A stretch of 44,614 nucleotides of DNA from an uncultured Gammaproteobacteria bacterium. Its GTDB lineage: Bacteria > Patescibacteriota > Patescibacteriia > Magasanikbacterales > UBA922. The notes under the pieces were generated by a model. It saw nothing but the letters and a program-made list of their open reading frames with translations, was not told the DNA's origin and ran no database searches. The stretch is taken from the NCBI GenBank assembly GCA_964603435.1, contig CAZRUM010000003.1, forward strand, positions 1 through 44,614. Direction: 5' to 3'. This document shows, piece after piece, positions 18,906 to 26,818 of this stretch. A program made the translations under genes and the position numbers. Within the stretch, counting starts at the first letter, position 1. Each line of letters opens with the position of its first letter.

Positions 18906-19121
18906 AATAGTAATAGTGTACCGTAAATTTAACAAAAACAAAACCCCATTACGTACTCCCTTCCATATTTCCAAACCTTGGAAAGACAGAAGGCAACGCA
19001 ACGAGGTTGTGTTGTGTTACCCACCCCTATTACCGGGATTTGATGTAGTCAATCACCACCTGCTGCACCAAGAGGTGTGATCGGAGGTAGGTCGATCACA
19101 CACAGAGCAGATAAGGATCCT

Positions 19122-19304
19122 CTAGCCCCACCTCGCCGAATGGCTGCCAGATTCGACAATCTGGTGTCTGCGGACAGGCACATGTTGCGGAAGCTGAGCT
19201 TTTCGCAACTTTCGAAGACGACTGATGATAGCCCCCTCACGAGCCTTCTTGTCCACCTGCTTCCTTTTACGACTCGCACTACGTGTAGTAGATCCTCGAC
19301 CCAT
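19122..19304 (-). CDS. small basic protein (60 aa) in a G+C-rich island
   Basis: GGAGAGGGGG SD, 4 nt, then ATG. MGRGSTTRSASRKRKQVDKKAREGAIISRLRKLRKAQ... Own promoter. No family recognised. Confidence 0.4.
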   Translation of the reverse strand: MGRGSTTRSASRKRKQVDKKAREGAIISRLRKLRKAQLPQHVPVRRHQIVESGSHSARWG

Positions 19305-19356
19305 AGGGCCCCCTCTCCATTTTTCTGACAAAGTCAGACTAATTGACAATACAGAG

Positions 19357-19385
19357 ATTTAACCATATTTTATAAAATTTGTCAA
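19357..19385 (-). promoter_or_regulatory. sigma70-like promoter of the small basic ORF
   Basis: Minus strand TTGACA, 17 nt, TTAAAT. Confidence 0.5.
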
Positions 19386-19395
19386 TGTTTATTTC

Positions 19396-19428
19396 AAAAA
19401 TAAAAAGACCACCTATGATTAGGTGGTC
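19396..19428 (-). terminator. yidC intrinsic terminator
   Basis: Minus strand GACCACCT AATCAT AGGTGGTC followed by TTTTTATTTTT. Confidence 0.7.
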
Positions 19429-19452
19429 AGGTAGTTAGGTAGTTAAGTGATT
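19421..19452. repeat. AGGTGGTY octamer array, four units, between the yidC stop and its terminator
   Basis: AGGTGGTC AGGTAGTT AGGTAGTT AAGTGATT. The first unit is the terminator arm; the last overlaps the stop codon. Confidence 0.75.
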
Positions 19453-20251
19453 ACTCTACTTTCCCCTCAATCACATTTTCTTCTTTTCCGACCGAGACGG
19501 ATCCGCCTTGGGTGGATTTATTATTAGCAGGAGCATCTTTTGGTGCATTTCTCTTGAATACTACCAACTGTTGTAAGGCAGTCAAGAAAGTTGATAAGAA
19601 CCAATACAGAGTCAGACCACCTGGAAGTTGGAAACCTATAATAACTGTCAGTACTGGCATGAAATAAAGCATTTGTTTATTCATCATACTGGCCATACCT
19701 TCGTCTTTACCTCCCTTACCGGCTACTACTGGTGGTTTCTTGCGACTCATCATCCTAGCTTGCCAGAACTGAGCTCCACCAGCCATAAGTGCCAAGACTG
19801 GAGCAACTTTACCAAGCTCCATAAAACCAAGTGAAAGTGTCTTTATACTTTCTGGTTGAGTTACAAAAGTATAAAGCAAATCAAAACTTGGATCTACTGT
19901 TAAAACCTTACGCAAAACATAATACAGAGAAATCAAAATCGGCAACTGAATAAGTAAAGGCAAACAAGAACCAAAAGGATTTACTTTGTTTTCCTTATAC
20001 ATCTTCATGGTCTCAGCCGCTACTTTTTGTTGATCACCAGCATGTTTCTTTTTTAGAGCCTCTAGTTTTGGTTGTAGATCTGTTAAAGCCTTTTGTGACT
20101 TGATAGAGCTAGAAGTAAGAGGATATAGAACCAATTTGATAATCACAGTAATAATCAAAATCACAATACCAACATCTGGTATTAGATTATATAGTGCGAT
20201 AAAGGCATTAAAAATTGGCTGGTAAAGTATTGTTTGAAATATTGCTGACAT
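19451..20251 (-). CDS. yidC: membrane protein insertase YidC (short Oxa1-type)
   Basis: NPFGSCLPLLIQLPILISLY motif and five TM segments. Confidence 0.9.
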   Translation of the reverse strand: MSAIFQTILYQPIFNAFIALYNLIPDVGIVILIITVIIKLVLYPLTSSSIKSQKALTDLQPKLEALKKKHAGDQQKVAAETMKMYKENKVNPFGSCLPLLIQLPILISLYYVLRKVLTVDPSFDLLYTFVTQPESIKTLSLGFMELGKVAPVLALMAGGAQFWQARMMSRKKPPVVAGKGGKDEGMASMMNKQMLYFMPVLTVIIGFQLPGGLTLYWFLSTFLTALQQLVVFKRNAPKDAPANNKSTQGGSVSVGKEENVIEGKVE

Positions 20252-20372
20252 AGTTTTTAATCAACTTCTCCGTAGCAAGCTGACGGAATATAAATAAATA
20301 ATTTTGAAGTAAACTTCAAAGAGTTAAATTTGCTTGCCCCGACTATTGTCGGGATTAAATATAAGCGAAGAG

Positions 20373-20401
20373 AGTATATCACTATTAGTTAAATTTATCA
20401 A
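20373..20401 (-). promoter_or_regulatory. yidC promoter
   Basis: Minus strand TTGATA, 17 nt, TATACT. It is followed by a leader of about 110 nt with three hairpins. Confidence 0.45.
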
Positions 20402-20404
20402 GTT

Positions 20405-20433
20405 AAAAAACCACCGCTTACACGATGGTTTTT
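20405..20433 (-). terminator. nusA intrinsic terminator
   Basis: Minus strand AAAAACCATCG TGTAAG CGGTGGTTTTTT. Confidence 0.6.
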
Positions 20434-20449
20434 CTTTGTTATTTCTGAC

Positions 20450-21889
20450 TTATTTTTTATCTTCTACATCTTCAGTCTTTTCTTCTTTCACTTCTTCCTC
20501 GTCATCAGCCTTAGCTTTTTTCTTGACTACTTTTTTCTTCCCGCCTGCAACGCTAGCACTAGCTTTGCGGGCAGGTGGTTTTTTTTCAGCCCCCTTTTTT
20601 TCTTCTTTGTCCTCAGTTTTAGCTTTGGCTTTTTTCTTTGATTTCTCTTCCTCAACACTTTCCGTGTCCTCCTTTTTATCCGTGCTCTCCGTGTTTTCAA
20701 GGGCTTCTTTTACTTCTTCCGATTCATCTTCACTAGAAACAGCTTTTTCACCACCAGCTTCCATTACCTTGATAGTCCAACCTGTTAGCTCGGCTGATAA
20801 ACGGACATTTTGTCCACCACGACCAATAGCAAGAGAAAACTGATCTTCGGCAACGTTCACAATAGCTTCTTTGCTTTCTTCATTTATTTCAACAGAATCA
20901 ATCTTGGCAGGTGATAAAGAATTTTTTAGATATTCTTCTGGATTTTCACTATATTGAATAATATCAATCTTTTCTCCACCAAGCTCGTCAATAATAATAT
21001 TGATACGACTACCACGCTGACCAATACAAGCTCCGATTGGATCAATAGAATCATCCTCTGTAGAAACAGCCACTTTTGATCTAAAGCCAGGATCACGAGC
21101 AATGCCTTTAATCTCTACTGCACCACTTTCGATCTCAGGAATTTCTTGGACAAAAGTTGACTCAACCATTTTTTTACTAGAACGAGATAAATTAATTTCT
21201 ACTCCACGTGCACCCATTTCAATTGATTGTAAGTAAAAACGCATACGCACGCCTGGTTTATATTGCTCACCACGAATCTGTTCATTTTGTGAGACAAGAC
21301 CAGTCACTTTTCCAAGATCAATAATAATTGAACCAGCTCTATCACGACGTTGTACTACACCTTGGATGACTTCACCTTCTTGTTCTTTTAGATCATCGTA
21401 GACAGAAGAACGTTCAGCCTCACGTAGACGCTGAATTATAACTTGTTTGGCAGTCTGGGCAGCCATACGACCGAAGTCCCCAGGAATTTCCAAATCAATT
21501 TCTAAAATATCACCAACTTTAACTTTCTTTTTAATTTCTTTGGCTTCACCAATCATGAGTTCTGTCTTTGGGTTGAAGCGAGTCAGGTCTTCTACTTCTT
21601 CTTCGGAAAGATCTCTATTTTCCTCACGAGCTTTTTCACGACGCAAAACCAATTCTTCTTGGTCAGCCTCAAGTTTTTCTTCATCTACATCTTTCACTAC
21701 TTCTTTGATATCCCAAGCCTGCATATCGCCAGTTTCGGGAGTAAACTTTACCTTGATGTTTTGTTGACGATTGCCATAATCTTTACGATAGGCAGCAGCC
21801 AAAGCAGCCTCAATAGACTCAAGGACTGCATCATACTCCAAGTTCTTTTCATCACAAATAGCTTGGATTGCTTTTGTTATTTCTGACAT
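20450..21889 (-). CDS. nusA: transcription termination/antitermination factor NusA with a long acidic/Lys-rich C-terminal tail
   Basis: MSEITKAIQAICDEKNL N-terminus; S1 and KH regions (GIARDPGFRSKVAV, GACIGQRGSRI, LAIGRGGQNVRL). ATG at 21889 preferred over the track start at 22042. Confidence 0.9.
   Translation of the reverse strand: MSEITKAIQAICDEKNLEYDAVLESIEAALAAAYRKDYGNRQQNIKVKFTPETGDMQAWDIKEVVKDVDEEKLEADQEELVLRREKAREENRDLSEEEVEDLTRFNPKTELMIGEAKEIKKKVKVGDILEIDLEIPGDFGRMAAQTAKQVIIQRLREAERSSVYDDLKEQEGEVIQGVVQRRDRAGSIIIDLGKVTGLVSQNEQIRGEQYKPGVRMRFYLQSIEMGARGVEINLSRSSKKMVESTFVQEIPEIESGAVEIKGIARDPGFRSKVAVSTEDDSIDPIGACIGQRGSRINIIIDELGGEKIDIIQYSENPEEYLKNSLSPAKIDSVEINEESKEAIVNVAEDQFSLAIGRGGQNVRLSAELTGWTIKVMEAGGEKAVSSEDESEEVKEALENTESTDKKEDTESVEEEKSKKKAKAKTEDKEEKKGAEKKPPARKASASVAGGKKKVVKKKAKADDEEEVKEEKTEDVEDKK
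20540..20575. repeat. GC-rich palindromic element in frame in the nusA tail
   Basis: Coding strand CCTGCCCGCAAAGCTAGTGCTAGCGTTGCAGGCGGG encodes PARKASASVAGG. Confidence 0.7.
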
Positions 21890-22027
21890 AGGTTTTTTTA
21901 TTAATACCGAACGAAGTGAGGTATCTCTTTTTAATGCACTGAAGCATGCAATAAACAAATTTTTGTTTAAAGCAACTAATACTACATTAGAAAGGGATTC
22001 CTCTCTTTTGGCTCGGAATGTGAGCTT

Positions 22028-22054
22028 AAAAAAAAGCAGCATTTATAATGCTAC
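22028..22054 (-). promoter_or_regulatory. terminator-like hairpin in the nusA leader (possible attenuator)
   Basis: Minus strand GTAGCATT ATAA AATGCTGC followed by TTTTTTTT, just downstream of the predicted promoter. Confidence 0.3.
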
Positions 22055-22067
22055 TTTCAACGATATA

Positions 22068-22096
22068 AGTATACCATAAGGTAAGTGTTTTGTCAA
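22068..22096 (-). promoter_or_regulatory. nusA promoter
   Basis: Minus strand TTGACA, 17 nt, TATACT, with extended -10 TGG. Confidence 0.5.
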
Positions 22097-22166
22097 GTTA
22101 CTAATACACCTACAAATTTTAAAGCCAACACCCCACACTTAAAACTCTCATCCTATCTCTCTTTCT

Positions 22167-22325
22167 GCGAACAACCCCTCCACCCTTCGGGCACCTCCCC
22201 TTTAGGGCACACTATCCTTTAGGGAGAATGGGGAGGGAATTTGAAAAATACTTTCCCCTCCTCCACTTTTCGCCAGGGGACGAATCCTCTAGAGAGCTAA
22301 GGAAGGAGGTCAGGAGGTGGGTTCC
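22167..22325. repeat. modular GC-rich intergenic repeat, copy 1
   Basis: Block A (22167-22202) matches 42048-42083 at 35 of 36. Block B TTTAGGGCACACTATCCTTTAGGG (22201-22224) is identical to 42123-42146. CCTCCCC/GGGGAGG hairpin arms. Confidence 0.8.
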
Positions 22326-22365
22326 TCGCACGTAAATTCTACCTTCTACTTATACACAAAGAAAA

Positions 22366-22752
22366 TTAAGCCTCCAGCACATATTTTTTAAACTCCACTG
22401 TTTTTGTTTCTTTATCTGGATAAACACTGACATGTTCTATTTTCATCTTGGTCCTATCTATATCAATATTATTTTGTAAACAATACTGTATAGCAATATT
22501 CCTAGTTTTAATAACTTTTTTCTCTACGCTAGTCGCTCGCTCGGCACTACCATTACCCTGACCCCTGGTCTTTACCTCTACAAATGACAATACTCCATCC
22601 CCGTCTCTCGCAATAATATCAATCTCACCTTTTAATTCTAGCGTATAAAATTCGAAATTTCTCTTTATAATCTCATAACCATTTCTTTGCAAAAAAAGAG
22701 AGGCTTGTTTTTCGCCCCATTGTCCTTTCTTTTGTTTTTTGGTTTGTGACAT
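22366..22752 (-). CDS. yraN: YraN family (UPF0102) endonuclease-like protein
   Basis: GEKQASLFLQRNGYEIIKRNF...GEIDIIA...SFVEVKTR pattern. ATG at 22752 preferred. Confidence 0.8.
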   Translation of the reverse strand: MSQTKKQKKGQWGEKQASLFLQRNGYEIIKRNFEFYTLELKGEIDIIARDGDGVLSFVEVKTRGQGNGSAERATSVEKKVIKTRNIAIQYCLQNNIDIDRTKMKIEHVSVYPDKETKTVEFKKYVLEA

Positions 22753-22811
22753 TTTATTTAAAATTCCAACTGTAAAATAACAAATTCCAAATAAATTACA
22801 ACTAACAATTT

Positions 22812-23174
22812 TCAAATTTCTTTTTTATTTTCTGCTTTGTCTATAATTGTAGATAATATTTTCCTCAATTCTACTGATTCATTTATTAAAGGTTTCATTT
22901 TTTCTTCAAGTTCTAAATTTGCTTCAACTATCAAATTGAACCAGTAGGTTGTTTCTTTACATTCTTTTCTGGAAATTTTTACTCTATGTTTAAAATCTTT
23001 TTTACTTAACTTTTCGTTAGCCTCTATATAATTAGCTCCAACTGATGAGCTAGACCTCAAAACCTGATCCGACAATCTTCTATTTATATTATCCTTTGGT
23101 AAAGCTTTACATAATCTCATTACTCTTTTTGAAAATTCCAATGTTCTTTCTTCTAAATCATAGATTTTATTCAT
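22812..23174 (-). CDS. four-helix-bundle protein (23S rRNA IVS protein family)
   Basis: LRSSSSVGANYIEANEK motif. ATG at 23174 preferred; the track extension reads through a flanking heptamer array. Confidence 0.85.
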   Translation of the reverse strand: MNKIYDLEERTLEFSKRVMRLCKALPKDNINRRLSDQVLRSSSSVGANYIEANEKLSKKDFKHRVKISRKECKETTYWFNLIVEANLELEEKMKPLINESVELRKILSTIIDKAENKKEI

Positions 23175-23228
23175 ATTTGTAATTTGAAAGTTATTTGGAA
23201 TTTGGTAGTTGTAATTTGTAATTTTCAA

Positions 23229-23783
23229 TTAGTCATGTCTGTAAAAAACCAAACCATGATGATAAGGACCCATATCAAATTCTTCTTGAACCGCAAAACC
23301 ATTTTGCAGACCCCAGTTTTTTATTTTCTTAAAATCAACCATACTTTCATCGGCTGGAGCAAAAGGTAAACCTTTCTTTGACCAATCCACTATTACTAAT
23401 CTAGCTTTATCTTTTAACATTCTTTTAGCTTCTTTGAGAATTGCTTCGTGATTGTCGGATTGAAATAATATGCTTATTAAAAAACCAACATCAAGATTAT
23501 TATTAGGAATAGCAGTCTTACCATGACTTTCCAAATTTGCCCAAACAGTTTGTACGTTTTGAAAATTTTCAAAGTTAGCACGTTTCTTAATATTTTCCAA
23601 AACATCTTTCATAATATCCACTGCATATACCAAACCAGTCTCACCCAAAAACTTGGCAGCTGGAAAAACAATATGACCAGTCCGACCACAACCCAAATCT
23701 GCTACATGCATCCCCTGTTGCAAATGTGACTTTTCAAAAAGCATTTGTGGGTCTATCAAATTGTTACCAGAGTGATATGTCAT
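23229..23783 (-). CDS. class I SAM-dependent methyltransferase
   Basis: HVADLGCGRTGH motif I and LVYAVDI motif II. Confidence 0.8.
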   Translation of the reverse strand: MTYHSGNNLIDPQMLFEKSHLQQGMHVADLGCGRTGHIVFPAAKFLGETGLVYAVDIMKDVLENIKKRANFENFQNVQTVWANLESHGKTAIPNNNLDVGFLISILFQSDNHEAILKEAKRMLKDKARLVIVDWSKKGLPFAPADESMVDFKKIKNWGLQNGFAVQEEFDMGPYHHGLVFYRHD

Positions 23784-24028
23784 ACTCCAAAAGTAAATAA
23801 TTTACCAAAAGTCCCTAAAATAAACCCACCCAAAAGCCCGGTCATTCCCATCATGGCTATCAAAATAAAAACTAAGCCAACTAGCTTATACATCAAACGT
23901 GTACCCCCACTAGTACCCATATGCTCTTCAGCCCAGGCATTGGCACCAAAGTTTTGTACAAACCAATCGGTCTTGGCAATGAGAAGTAGCCCTGCTGCAA
24001 TCCCTAAAAATCCCCAGAAAAAATTCAT
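23780..24028 (-). CDS. small two- or three-TM membrane protein
   Basis: MNFFWGFLGIAAGLLLIA... The track start at 24094 lies inside the trpS terminator, so ATG 24028 is preferred. Confidence 0.5.
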   Translation of the reverse strand: MNFFWGFLGIAAGLLLIAKTDWFVQNFGANAWAEEHMGTSGGTRLMYKLVGLVFILIAMMGMTGLLGGFILGTFGKLFTFGV

Positions 24029-24077
24029 AATTTTATTTATTAAAATCAACAAGACTATTATACTACAAAACTGATAA

Positions 24078-24103
24078 ACAAAAAACCACCTCAAAGAGGT
24101 GGT
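24078..24103 (-). terminator. trpS intrinsic terminator
   Basis: Minus strand ACCACCTC TTT GAGGTGGT followed by TTTTTTG. Confidence 0.7.
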
Positions 24104-24136
24104 CAGGTGGTTAAGTAGTTAGGTGGTAAGGTATTT
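24097..24136. repeat. AGGTGGTY octamer array, five units, between the trpS stop and its terminator
   Basis: AGGTGGTC AGGTGGTT AAGTAGTT AGGTGGTA AGGTATTT. Confidence 0.75.
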
Positions 24137-25118
24137 ATCTAACCCCTATCATCTTCCTAACGCTCTCCATAGTACCCTCGGCCACAGGTTTGGCTTTCTT
24201 GGCACCAGCAATTAGAATCTCTGCCAGCTCATCATGATTTTCAAGTAATTCATTTCTCTTGTCACGAAAATCTGCAAAATAAGTTGAGACAACCTCAGCC
24301 ACATCAGCTTTCAAATCTCCATAGCGGATACTTCCAGCTTTTTCAGCCTTTTTATATTCTTCTAATTTTGCTTTGTCACCAAAATTTTCTAATAAAACAA
24401 ATAAATTTTCTACACCAGGAGCATTCTCTCCACCCTCACTGGCTGTCACAGCTTTTTTAAGTTTTTTTACAATCACTGCTGGCTCATCTGCCAGCTCAAT
24501 CACGTGCCCCTCACCCAAACTTTTACTCATTTTCTTGGTTGGTTCTAATAGGCTCATTACTTTTGGTACTGGAGTAAGAAGATGTTTTGTTTCTGGAAAA
24601 TATTTATTGTATTTTTTATTAAACCAACGAGCTGTATCACGAGTCAATTCCACATGTTGAATTTGATCCTGTCCGACTGGCACGTGAGTACCATGGTAAA
24701 GTAAAATATCAGCAGCTTGTAAAATTGGGTAGGTAAACAAACCAGCATTAATATTTTTTGCTTGTCGTTCGGATTTATCTTTATACTGAGTCATACGTTC
24801 TAACTCAGCTATTGGTGTCACACTATTAAAAATCCAAGTAAGCTCGGTATGCTCTGGTATATGTGACTGTACATAGAAAGTAGATTTTTCTGGATCAATC
24901 CCAGCAGCAATAAGCTCGGCAGCAGTGCGGATAATCTGAGCGTGACGTTCTTCTGGTTTCATATTACCTGTAAGAGAATGATAATCAGCAATACAAAAAT
25001 AACACTCATACTCACCGGAGTTTTGTAAATCCACCCAGTTTTTTACAGCTCCCAGATAATTACCAATATGTAAATTACCAGTTGGCTGAATAGCGGAGAA
25101 AATTACTTTTTTAGACAT
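24135..25118 (-). CDS. trpS: tryptophan--tRNA ligase
   Basis: FSAIQPTGNLHIGNY (HIGH-type) and KMSKS motifs. ATG at 25118 preferred. Confidence 0.92.
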   Translation of the reverse strand: MSKKVIFSAIQPTGNLHIGNYLGAVKNWVDLQNSGEYECYFCIADYHSLTGNMKPEERHAQIIRTAAELIAAGIDPEKSTFYVQSHIPEHTELTWIFNSVTPIAELERMTQYKDKSERQAKNINAGLFTYPILQAADILLYHGTHVPVGQDQIQHVELTRDTARWFNKKYNKYFPETKHLLTPVPKVMSLLEPTKKMSKSLGEGHVIELADEPAVIVKKLKKAVTASEGGENAPGVENLFVLLENFGDKAKLEEYKKAEKAGSIRYGDLKADVAEVVSTYFADFRDKRNELLENHDELAEILIAGAKKAKPVAEGTMESVRKMIGVR

Positions 25119-25164
25119 AAATATATTTTTATTATAAGTTGCCTCTATTTTAGCTAATATCCAA

Positions 25165-25196
25165 TAAAAAAACAAGACCACTCAAGTCTTGTTTTT
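25165..25196 (-). terminator. trpB intrinsic terminator
   Basis: Minus strand ACAAGAC TTGAGTG GTCTTGT followed by TTTTTTT. Confidence 0.65.
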
Positions 25197-25210
25197 AAAT
25201 TTTAAATAAT

Positions 25211-26404
25211 CTATAAACCCAACCTCTCAGCCACATAATCTACATCCTTATCTCCCCGACCAGATAAATTGATTATGATAATTTTATCTTTATCTAAGGT
25301 TGGAGCAAATTTTATGGCTTCTGCCAAAGCATGTGAACTTTCAAGGGCAGGAATAATTCCCTCAACTTTTGACAATTCCTGGAATGCTTCCAAAACTTCC
25401 TTGTCATCAGCCGTCACATATTTTACTCGTTCCTTATCTTTCAAATTAGAGTGTACAGGACCGACACCTGGATAATCTAACCCGGACGCAATAGAATGAA
25501 CAGGTAGAGCCTCACCTTTGTCATCTTGCAACAAATATGTAAACATACCGTGTAAATTGCCAGGTTTCCCCAAGGTCAGTGTGGCTGCGTGTTCTCCTGG
25601 CTTGAAACTACGTCCAGCAGGCTCCACTCCAATCATTTTCACATCATCATGCAAAAACTCATGAAAAAGACCAATGGCATTGGAACCACCACCAACACAG
25701 GCAATGAGATAATCCGGTAATCTATTTTCCACTGCCAAAATTTGTTCCTTGGCTTCACGACCAATAATAGACTGGAAATCTCGTACTATCATCGGAAAAG
25801 GATGAGGACCAACAACTGAACCAATAGCAAAAAATATATTTTGAGGATCCTGCACAAAAGCCCCAAAAGCACTATCGACGGCTTCCTTTAGGCAACGCCC
25901 ACCTGACTCTACCGACACCACTTTTGTGCCGAGAAGTTGCATACGGATAACATTGGGATGTTGTTTAGCTACATCAATTGCCCCCATATGAATCTCACAC
26001 TCAATCCCAACAATCGCAGCTGCTGTGGCTAGTGCCACACCATGCTGACCAGCTCCGGTCTCTGCCACAAGTTTTGTCTTGCCCATTTTCTTAGCAATCA
26101 AAGCTTCTCCCAAAGTATGATTTATTTTGTGTGCACCTGTATGATTTAGATCTTCACGTTTCAAATATATTTTTGCTCCACCCAATTTAGCCGTTAAGTT
26201 TTTGGCAAAATAAAGTGGTGAGGGACGACCGACATAATTTTTTAACAAATCATTATATTCTTGAATAAACTCGGGATCAATTTTTATTTTTTCATATTCT
26301 ACAGCAATTTCGTCAAAGATAGCTTTTAACTCTGGTGGAATAATTTGTCCACCATATTCACCAAAATATCCTTCTTTGTTGGGTAGTTGTTTTAAGTTTG
26401 TCAT
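25211..26404 (-). CDS. trpB: tryptophan synthase beta chain (stand-alone in this window)
   Basis: [23 protein letters not shown] and [10 protein letters not shown] motifs; 397 aa. No trpA adjacent. Confidence 0.92.
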   Translation of the reverse strand: MTNLKQLPNKEGYFGEYGGQIIPPELKAIFDEIAVEYEKIKIDPEFIQEYNDLLKNYVGRPSPLYFAKNLTAKLGGAKIYLKREDLNHTGAHKINHTLGEALIAKKMGKTKLVAETGAGQHGVALATAAAIVGIECEIHMGAIDVAKQHPNVIRMQLLGTKVVSVESGGRCLKEAVDSAFGAFVQDPQNIFFAIGSVVGPHPFPMIVRDFQSIIGREAKEQILAVENRLPDYLIACVGGGSNAIGLFHEFLHDDVKMIGVEPAGRSFKPGEHAATLTLGKPGNLHGMFTYLLQDDKGEALPVHSIASGLDYPGVGPVHSNLKDKERVKYVTADDKEVLEAFQELSKVEGIIPALESSHALAEAIKFAPTLDKDKIIIINLSGRGDKDVDYVAERLGL

Positions 26405-26424
26405 ACTATTATATAATTTAATAA

Positions 26425-26453
26425 AATAAAAAAACGCGCTTTATCCAGCGCGT
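26425..26453 (-). terminator. intrinsic terminator between the trpR-like gene and trpB
   Basis: Minus strand ACGCGCT GGATAA AGCGCGT followed by TTTTTTTATTTT. Confidence 0.65.
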
Positions 26454-26534
26454 TTGTATCTAAAAAATACAAATCAACACTGGACTTTGCTATAACAAAA
26501 ACACCAACGCCAACTTCTATTTTCTAAATTATAA

Positions 26535-26816
26535 TTATTTTTTGTCATAAAACTTTTGTAAAATTTTTCTAAAACCACCTGTTTTATTTTTTAATTCTTT
26601 TGAACCACGTGTCACAGTAGCAATCCCGACCCCAAGCTTTTCTGAAATCTGTCTTTGAGGCACACCTTGCAAAAGCATTTTTACTACTTGCAATCTTTTG
26701 GGAATCTCCTGCTTTTCTGCTGGAGTTAACAAATCATCCAAAAAACTAGCCATTTCTTCTTTGTCTTTTATATTAGCCAAGATCCTAGCCAATTCTTTTG
26801 TATTTTGTTTTTTCAT
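26535..26816 (-). CDS. Trp repressor family protein (TrpR / YerC-YecD type)
   Basis: LLTPAEKQEI...ISEKLGVGIATVTRGSKELK aligns by eye with E. coli TrpR MLTPDEREAL...GAGIATITRGSNSLK. Confidence 0.8.
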   Translation of the reverse strand: MKKQNTKELARILANIKDKEEMASFLDDLLTPAEKQEIPKRLQVVKMLLQGVPQRQISEKLGVGIATVTRGSKELKNKTGGFRKILQKFYDKK

Positions 26817-26818
26817 AA

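Noticed and set aside
19049-19279. 76-aa GTG-start ORF in the 19-kb island, and plus-strand ORFs 19077-19328, 43460-43705 and 43492-43743.
   Set aside because: They lack an SD or promoter in the right place. The alternative frames that do have strong SDs were preferred. Coding status of the islands remains uncertain overall.
20334-20843. 169-aa Ser/Phe-rich plus-strand ORF, with similar antisense ORFs at 9522-9893, 10584-10946, 12392-12793, 18436-18741, 39241-39588, 42375-42867 and 44124-44396.
   Set aside because: All are antisense shadows of well-supported genes, with low-complexity composition.
21890-22042. Track N-terminal extension of NusA (51 aa).
   Set aside because: It runs through the predicted leader hairpin and has no NusA similarity. 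The canonical N-terminus MSEITKAI starts at 21889.
25119-25210. T-box or Trp leader-peptide attenuator upstream of trpS or trpB (also 26405-26534).
   Set aside because: The spacers (about 90 and 130 nt) are too short for a T-box. They contain only the upstream gene's terminator, and no tandem Trp codons are present.
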